DNA of 12,122 bases from a bacterium (GTDB taxonomy: Bacteria > Fidelibacterota > Marinisomatia > Marinisomatales > UBA1611), in NCBI GenBank assembly GCA_038127595.1, contig JAYPIC010000013.1:1-12122 (forward strand), in the 5' to 3' direction. The position numbers were made by a program, and so were the translations under genes. The notes beneath the pieces were generated by a model. That model was not told the DNA's origin. It ran no database searches and worked only from the letters and a program-made list of their open reading frames with translations. This document shows positions 7,185 to 12,122 of this stretch, piece by piece (positions within the stretch are counted from its first letter, which is position 1; every line of letters starts with the position of its first letter).

Positions 7185-8178
7185 CAAGTCCCATAAAAGA
7201 CTTAACCTTTTTAATTATTTCGGAATAAATATCAGGGTTATCTAATAAGTATTTTTTAGAATTTTCTTTACCTTGCCCTATTTTCATATCTCCATATGAA
7301 AACCATGCGCCAGTTTTTTCAATGATATCCCCTTTGATTGCTAGGTCAATGATATCGCCTTCTTTGGATATACCTTTACCATACATAATATCAAATTCCG
7401 TCATTTTGAATGGAGGTGCTACTTTATTTTTAACAACTTTTACTCTAGTACGGTTACCCACCATATCAGTTCCATCTTTAAGACTGGTAATCCTCCTGAT
7501 ATCCATTCTCACAGAGGAATAGAATTTTAAGGCCCTACCGCCAGGTGTTGTTTCTGGATTACCAAACATTACACCAATCTTCTCCCTTATTTGATTTACA
7601 AATATAACTGTTGTATTGGATCTACTAACTGTTCCAGTAAGTTTTCTAAGAGCTTGCGACATTAATCGAGCTTGCAGTCCCATATGTGAGTCCCCCATTT
7701 CACCCTCAAGCTCCGCTCTTGGTACTAATGCTGCAACCGAGTCAACTACAATAACATCTAAAGCACCACTACGCACTAATGTTTCTGTAATTTCTAATGA
7801 CTGTTCTCCCGAGTCTGGTTGGGAGACGAGTAATTCATCCAAATTAACCCCAAGATTTTTTGCATATTCAGGATCTAAAGCATGTTCAGCATCAATAAAA
7901 GCAGCATATCCCCCTGCCTTTTGAGCCTCTGCAACAATATGTAATGTTAAAGTAGTTTTTCCTGAAGATTCTGGACCAAATATCTCGATTATTCTACCTT
8001 TTGGTACGCCCCCAACACCTAATGCAACGTCTAAAGATAAACAGCCTGTTGGGATAATGTTATCGCTAATACTTACATGGTCATCTCCCATGCGCATTAT
8101 AGCACCTTTACCGAACTGGCGGTCAATCTGATTAATTGCTAAGTCTAGAGCTTTTTCTTTCTTTGTATCTGAAGCCAT
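7165..8178 (-). CDS. recA: Recombinase RecA
   Basis: Walker [10 protein letters not shown], plus [33 protein letters not shown] and KNKVAPPF. Confidence 0.99.
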   Translation of the reverse strand: MASDTKKEKALDLAINQIDRQFGKGAIMRMGDDHVSISDNIIPTGCLSLDVALGVGGVPKGRIIEIFGPESSGKTTLTLHIVAEAQKAGGYAAFIDAEHALDPEYAKNLGVNLDELLVSQPDSGEQSLEITETLVRSGALDVIVVDSVAALVPRAELEGEMGDSHMGLQARLMSQALRKLTGTVSRSNTTVIFVNQIREKIGVMFGNPETTPGGRALKFYSSVRMDIRRITSLKDGTDMVGNRTRVKVVKNKVAPPFKMTEFDIMYGKGISKEGDIIDLAIKGDIIEKTGAWFSYGDMKIGQGKENSKKYLLDNPDIYSEIIKKVKSFMGLDVEEKK

Positions 8179-8197
8179 ATCAATATTCCTTTGTAAT

Positions 8198-8758
8198 TTA
8201 TTTTTCTAAAAATGAAAATGTATTTAAAGTTTCGTATACTACACCCTCTGCTAAAGTCTTACTCTCTAATAATTGAATCTTATCAACAGAAAACTCAACT
8301 TCATCGTATGTTGAATTTAAAAATATTGATAAATCAGGATTAAACTTTTGAGGATAATTAATTTTTGCTACTGTAATATGCGGAATAAATAATTCTGAAT
8401 TTTTTTTAAAGCCAATTTGAGACATTTTATCATTTATTTTCACGACTAAAGCTTTTAAAGCTTCAATATTACCACCAACGCCAAGATATAAGACAGATGG
8501 TTTAGATTTATTAGGAAAACAACCTGTTTCATTAACATTAAGAACAAAAGGGTTTATTGAGCAAACAACATTTTCAACTTCTTTTCTAATTTCAGCTACC
8601 TTTTCATCGGATACTGACCCCAAAAATTGAACAGTAAGGTGTAAATTATTATGTTTTACCCATCGTATCTCAACACGCTCATTTTCGCAAGTAGATGTAA
8701 GCATTTGCTTTATATTTTTTACCAAATTTGGTACAGGAATAGATAAAAATATTCTCAT
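8198..8758 (-). CDS. thpR: RNA 2',3'-cyclic phosphodiesterase (2H family, LigT/ThpR)
   Basis: Two HxT motifs ([19 protein letters not shown]) and an MRIFLSI N-terminus. Typical cinA-thpR-recA position. Confidence 0.92.
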   Translation of the reverse strand: MRIFLSIPVPNLVKNIKQMLTSTCENERVEIRWVKHNNLHLTVQFLGSVSDEKVAEIRKEVENVVCSINPFVLNVNETGCFPNKSKPSVLYLGVGGNIEALKALVVKINDKMSQIGFKKNSELFIPHITVAKINYPQKFNPDLSIFLNSTYDEVEFSVDKIQLLESKTLAEGVVYETLNTFSFLEK

Positions 8759-8762
8759 GGTT

Positions 8763-9977
8763 TTAATTATTATTGCTTAAAATAAGTTTTAAAACTGCTT
8801 GACTAGTTCGAATTTTATTAGCTTCTCTATTAGATGAAAAATTGAATTTTTGTACAAATGATAACTTTTCATCACAATAACCTACATAAACTAACCCTAC
8901 TGGTTTGGCTTCACTACCACCATCAGGCCCAGCTATACCTGTAACCGATACTCCAATGGAGGAATTGAATTTTTCTTTAACATTTTGAGCCATTTCAATA
9001 GCAACTTCTTCGCTAACTGCTCCAAAATTCTTAATATTATCTGGGTTTACATTCAATTGATCAATTTTTGATTCATTGCTATAGCTTATAACACCACCAG
9101 CATAAACTGCAGAGCTACCTGAGACTTGAGTCAAACGATGACCTATCAAACCGCCAGTACAAGACTCCGCAGTAGATAATGTTAGATTTTCTTTGTGTAG
9201 ATTATCTATTACAATATTTTCAATATTCTTGTACCCATTATCATAAATGTATTTTTTCAAATGCTCATTTATACTAATTTTAAGTTCTTCTAATTTTTTA
9301 ACATCATAACCAGAAAGTCTAATGTCAACTCCATATACGGAAGGATAATAACCTACATTAACAGAGTCTTCTTCTTGAAAAAAATTTCTTATGTTTTCAA
9401 AAATTACAGATTCTGGCAAACCTGTTGTCCTAATGTTTATGCTCGATATTTTTAATTTTATCTTTTTCTCAATTATAGGCAACACCGCATTATTCAACAT
9501 AGATTCCATTTCAGATGGAACACCTGGTAAGACAATAAGAATAATTTTATTTTTATCATACATCAGCCCTCTCGCTGAACCGATTTCATTTGGAAGCAAA
9601 ACACCATTATCGGGCGAAACAGCCTGAGACTTACTACTATTTGGAAGCGAGTGTCCTAATTTTGAAAATCTCTTACATAAAACTTCCCAATAATCTTTAT
9701 CAAAAACTTCTTTACTGCCAAAATAATCAAAAATTACTGCTCTAGTTATATCGTCATCTGTAACGCCTAAACCGCCAGTACATATAATTAAATCTGTATT
9801 CGACGAGAATAATAAATTTAAAGTATCAGTAATTCTTGTACTGTCATCTGGAATAGTTAAATGAGAGTTTACAGATACACCAATTGATGAGAGTTTCTTA
9901 CTTATCCAGCTGGCATTGGTATTGATAGTTTTGCCAGATAAAAGCTCATTTCCTATCGTTAATATTGATGCTCTCAT
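8763..9977 (-). CDS. cinA: CinA family protein (molybdopterin-binding-like domain plus NMN deamidase PncC domain)
   Basis: N-terminal IGNELLSG...NTNA, TGGLG and LPGVPSEM. C-terminal TAESCTGG, GAVSEEVA, TGIAGPDGG and KPVGLVY. Confidence 0.95.
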   Translation of the reverse strand: MRASILTIGNELLSGKTINTNASWISKKLSSIGVSVNSHLTIPDDSTRITDTLNLLFSSNTDLIICTGGLGVTDDDITRAVIFDYFGSKEVFDKDYWEVLCKRFSKLGHSLPNSSKSQAVSPDNGVLLPNEIGSARGLMYDKNKIILIVLPGVPSEMESMLNNAVLPIIEKKIKLKISSINIRTTGLPESVIFENIRNFFQEEDSVNVGYYPSVYGVDIRLSGYDVKKLEELKISINEHLKKYIYDNGYKNIENIVIDNLHKENLTLSTAESCTGGLIGHRLTQVSGSSAVYAGGVISYSNESKIDQLNVNPDNIKNFGAVSEEVAIEMAQNVKEKFNSSIGVSVTGIAGPDGGSEAKPVGLVYVGYCDEKLSFVQKFNFSSNREANKIRTSQAVLKLILSNNN

Positions 9978-10426
9978 CCGGTGAAATAAACAAGGCTCTG
10001 TGTTATGAGTAGCGCAAAAATACCTGCTACGACATCATCCATCATAATTCCTGTGCCTGATTTAATATCATCCATTCCTTTTACTGGTCCTAATTTTAAA
10101 ATGTCAAATATTCTAAATATTGTAAAAGACAAGAATCCCCAAGCAAAAGAGTGCGGTATCAACCAAAGGGCTATCCATTGACCAACCCATTCATCTATGA
10201 CAACTTCCGGTGGATCCTCTTTTTTTATCGATTCAGAATAGATTGTGGAGACAGCAACACCTATAAAAAAAAGTATTAAACTGCCGTATAAAATAAAAAC
10301 ACCTTCAATATAGAAACGAAGATAGTACCAAGATAAAAAGGCTAAAAAACTACAAATAGTGCCAGGAGCAAGTGGAATACGTCCTACGTAAAATACAGTT
10401 GAAATTATTTCAGCAACTTTATTCAC
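9974..10426 (-). CDS. pgpA: Phosphatidylglycerophosphatase A
   Basis: Motifs APGT, DPPEVVIDEWVG, FRIFDILK and GIMMDDVVAG. The GTG start overlaps the pgsA stop. Confidence 0.95.
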   Translation of the reverse strand: MNKVAEIISTVFYVGRIPLAPGTICSFLAFLSWYYLRFYIEGVFILYGSLILFFIGVAVSTIYSESIKKEDPPEVVIDEWVGQWIALWLIPHSFAWGFLSFTIFRIFDILKLGPVKGMDDIKSGTGIMMDDVVAGIFALLITQSLVYFTG

Positions 10427-11004
10427 TAATTATTTCTAATAAAATCTTTAATTACAAATCTATTTGAATATAGGTAAATAAAACCAGTATATGCTGTAAA
10501 TATAGCCGTAAATAATGTAAGCATATAAATTATTTTATATTGCTTTATTAAACTTAAAGTAGGAATGAATAACTCCATATTAAAGCTCTCTAAGGTAAGG
10601 AAGATTAAGGTTAGAATTATAATAGTTAATTGAAATGCAGTTTTATATTTCGAAAGCTTAGAAGTAACAAATTCAAAACCTTTATTTGAAATTATCCACC
10701 GTAGCCCAGTAATAAACATATCTCTAAATGTAATAATACCAACCATCCAAAAATCAATAATTCCAATGAAAGCAAATGAGAAAAATGCAGATAATACTAG
10801 AATCTTATCTGCTAATGGATCTAGAAACTTACCTTGAGGAGTTATTTGATTATATTTTCTTGCCAAATGACCATCGTAGGCGTCTGTAATGGCTGCAACT
10901 GCAAATATAATTAAAGCGAGCAGTTTATCATCTGAGAATAGAAAGATGATAAATAATGGAGTGAGAATTATCCTGAACAAAGAAAGTAAGTTTGGCAAAT
11001 TCAT
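10426..11004 (-). CDS. pgsA: CDP-diacylglycerol--glycerol-3-phosphate 3-phosphatidyltransferase
   Basis: NLPNLLSLFR and the CDP-alcohol phosphotransferase motif DAYDGHLAR...GKFLDPLADK. Adjacent to pgpA. Confidence 0.92.
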   Translation of the reverse strand: MNLPNLLSLFRIILTPLFIIFLFSDDKLLALIIFAVAAITDAYDGHLARKYNQITPQGKFLDPLADKILVLSAFFSFAFIGIIDFWMVGIITFRDMFITGLRWIISNKGFEFVTSKLSKYKTAFQLTIIILTLIFLTLESFNMELFIPTLSLIKQYKIIYMLTLFTAIFTAYTGFIYLYSNRFVIKDFIRNN

Positions 11005-11594
11005 ACTGATGTCCTACCCTCCATCGCTCTGACTAATGTAAGTTCATCCATATACTCAAGGTCGCTTCCTACAGGGAGGCCCCTAGCTAATCTGGTGACA
11101 TTTACACCCAATTCCTCAAGTTTTTTTGATAAATATAGACAAGTTGTATCTCCCTCGACGCTGGGATTTGTAGCTAATATTACTTCCATCCCGCTAACAA
11201 CTCTTTTATACAAGTTATCTAAGTTTAGGTCATCTGGACCAATTCCATCTAATGGTGATAAAACCCCACCTAACACATGATATTTCCCTTTAAATGAGTT
11301 AGTTCTTTCAAAGGAATAAATATCTTGAGGCTCTTCGACTACACAAATTATGTTGCCATCTCGATTTTGATCCGTACATATATTACAAATCTCTAACTCA
11401 GACATTATACCGCATTCGAAACAAAAACGTATATTTTCCTTAATTTCCTTTATTGCACTCGCTAGAGCAATATTTTCTTTTTGATCTGACTTTAATATAA
11501 AAAAAGCTAATCTCTGAGCTGTAGCTTTACCAACTCCAGGTAATTTAGCCAATTGTTCAATTAAAAGATTTGCAGATTTTGGATACAAGGACAT
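11001..11594 (-). CDS. recR: Recombination mediator RecR
   Basis: HhH motif LPGVGKATAQRLAF, C4 zinc finger CFEC...CNIC, and Toprim motifs YHVLGG, ATNPSVEG and RLARGLPVG. Confidence 0.98.
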   Translation of the reverse strand: MSLYPKSANLLIEQLAKLPGVGKATAQRLAFFILKSDQKENIALASAIKEIKENIRFCFECGIMSELEICNICTDQNRDGNIICVVEEPQDIYSFERTNSFKGKYHVLGGVLSPLDGIGPDDLNLDNLYKRVVSGMEVILATNPSVEGDTTCLYLSKKLEELGVNVTRLARGLPVGSDLEYMDELTLVRAMEGRTSV

Positions 11595-11595
11595 T

Positions 11596-11919
11596 CTACA
11601 AGCCAGGTATATTTAATCCTGAAAGCATACCGCCAGTCACTGAATTCATTTTTTCTTTCGCAGATGCTTGCGCATCAGCAATGCCCTTGTTCACAGCAGA
11701 TATTATCAAATCTTCAACAATTTCCTTATCTTCCTTAAGCGAATCATCGTCCAGTCTAAGCTCTAATATTTCAAGTTGGCCATTAATTTTTACTTTTACC
11801 ATTCCTCCACCTGATTCAGAGTTCACAATTATATCAGACAACTGTTCTTGAACCGTTTCCATTTTCTTTTGCATTTCTTGCGCTTGTTTAAGCATTTTAG
11901 ACATATTGCCTTTAAACAT
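11596..11919 (-). CDS. ybaB: YbaB/EbfC family nucleoid-associated protein
   Basis: KQAQEMQKKM, SGGGMVKV and EDLIISAVN. Located between dnaX and recR, with RBS TAGGAG. Confidence 0.95.
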   Translation of the reverse strand: MFKGNMSKMLKQAQEMQKKMETVQEQLSDIIVNSESGGGMVKVKINGQLEILELRLDDDSLKEDKEIVEDLIISAVNKGIADAQASAKEKMNSVTGGMLSGLNIPGL

Positions 11920-11929
11920 CTATTTTCTC

Positions 11930-12122
11930 CTATGTTATAATTTCACCATCAAAAAGATCAACAACCTTATCCCTTACCTGCTCATCGTTCTCAGAATCAG
12001 GTGTATTACCTTTGATATTAATTCCAGATGATTTGTTTTCTTTTTCAACACCTTTTTGAACTTTAAAACTTACTCCATTACCAAAAATTTCACTTAAAAT
12101 TGTATTTAGACTATCTCTATTT
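11930..12122 (-). CDS. dnaX: DNA polymerase III subunit gamma/tau, C-terminal end (partial)
   Basis: Open frame from the window edge, ...ILSEIFG...DEQVRDKVVDLFDGEIIT*, with TAG at 11930-11932. The LFDGEI-type terminus and dnaX-ybaB-recR synteny support the call. Confidence 0.8.
   Translation of the reverse strand, partial: NRDSLNTILSEIFGNGVSFKVQKGVEKENKSSGINIKGNTPDSENDEQVRDKVVDLFDGEIIT

Noticed and set aside
1357..11851. All plus-strand ORFs in the track (1357-1569, 2153-2434, 3235-3621, 4027-4308, 5365-5601, 7322-7522, 7616-7924, 9391-9627, 11095-11280, 11570-11851)
   Set aside because: They lie antisense to conserved housekeeping genes, have the Ser/Ile/Phe-rich composition typical of shadow frames, and show no recognisable motifs.
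1..12122. CRISPR array, IS element or defence system
   Set aside because: No regularly spaced repeats, terminal inverted repeats, transposase or nuclease genes were seen. The coding space is explained by housekeeping-type genes.

Overview
AT-rich (roughly 30% GC) bacterial core-chromosome window in which every protein gene is on the minus strand. Reading in transcription order there are three blocks. (1) A tightly coupled run dnaX(3' end)-ybaB/ebfC-recR-pgsA-pgpA-cinA-thpR-recA-recX. (2) A long-chain acyl-CoA synthetase followed by gpsA. (3) tRNA-Arg(CCU), a membrane-anchored TPR protein, a rimP-leader hairpin, then rimP-nusA-infB(5' end). The only plus-strand elements lie in the 5931-6539 intergenic region: tRNA-Leu(CAA) and, just after it, an unannotated GC-enriched ~90-nt segment with a candidate promoter, two hairpins and a U-tract. 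That segment looks like an orphan small RNA gene and is the best candidate for something undescribed. I see no mobile element, CRISPR array or defence system. Gene order and composition would fit a streamlined marine FCB-group bacterium such as Marinimicrobia, but that is inference only.
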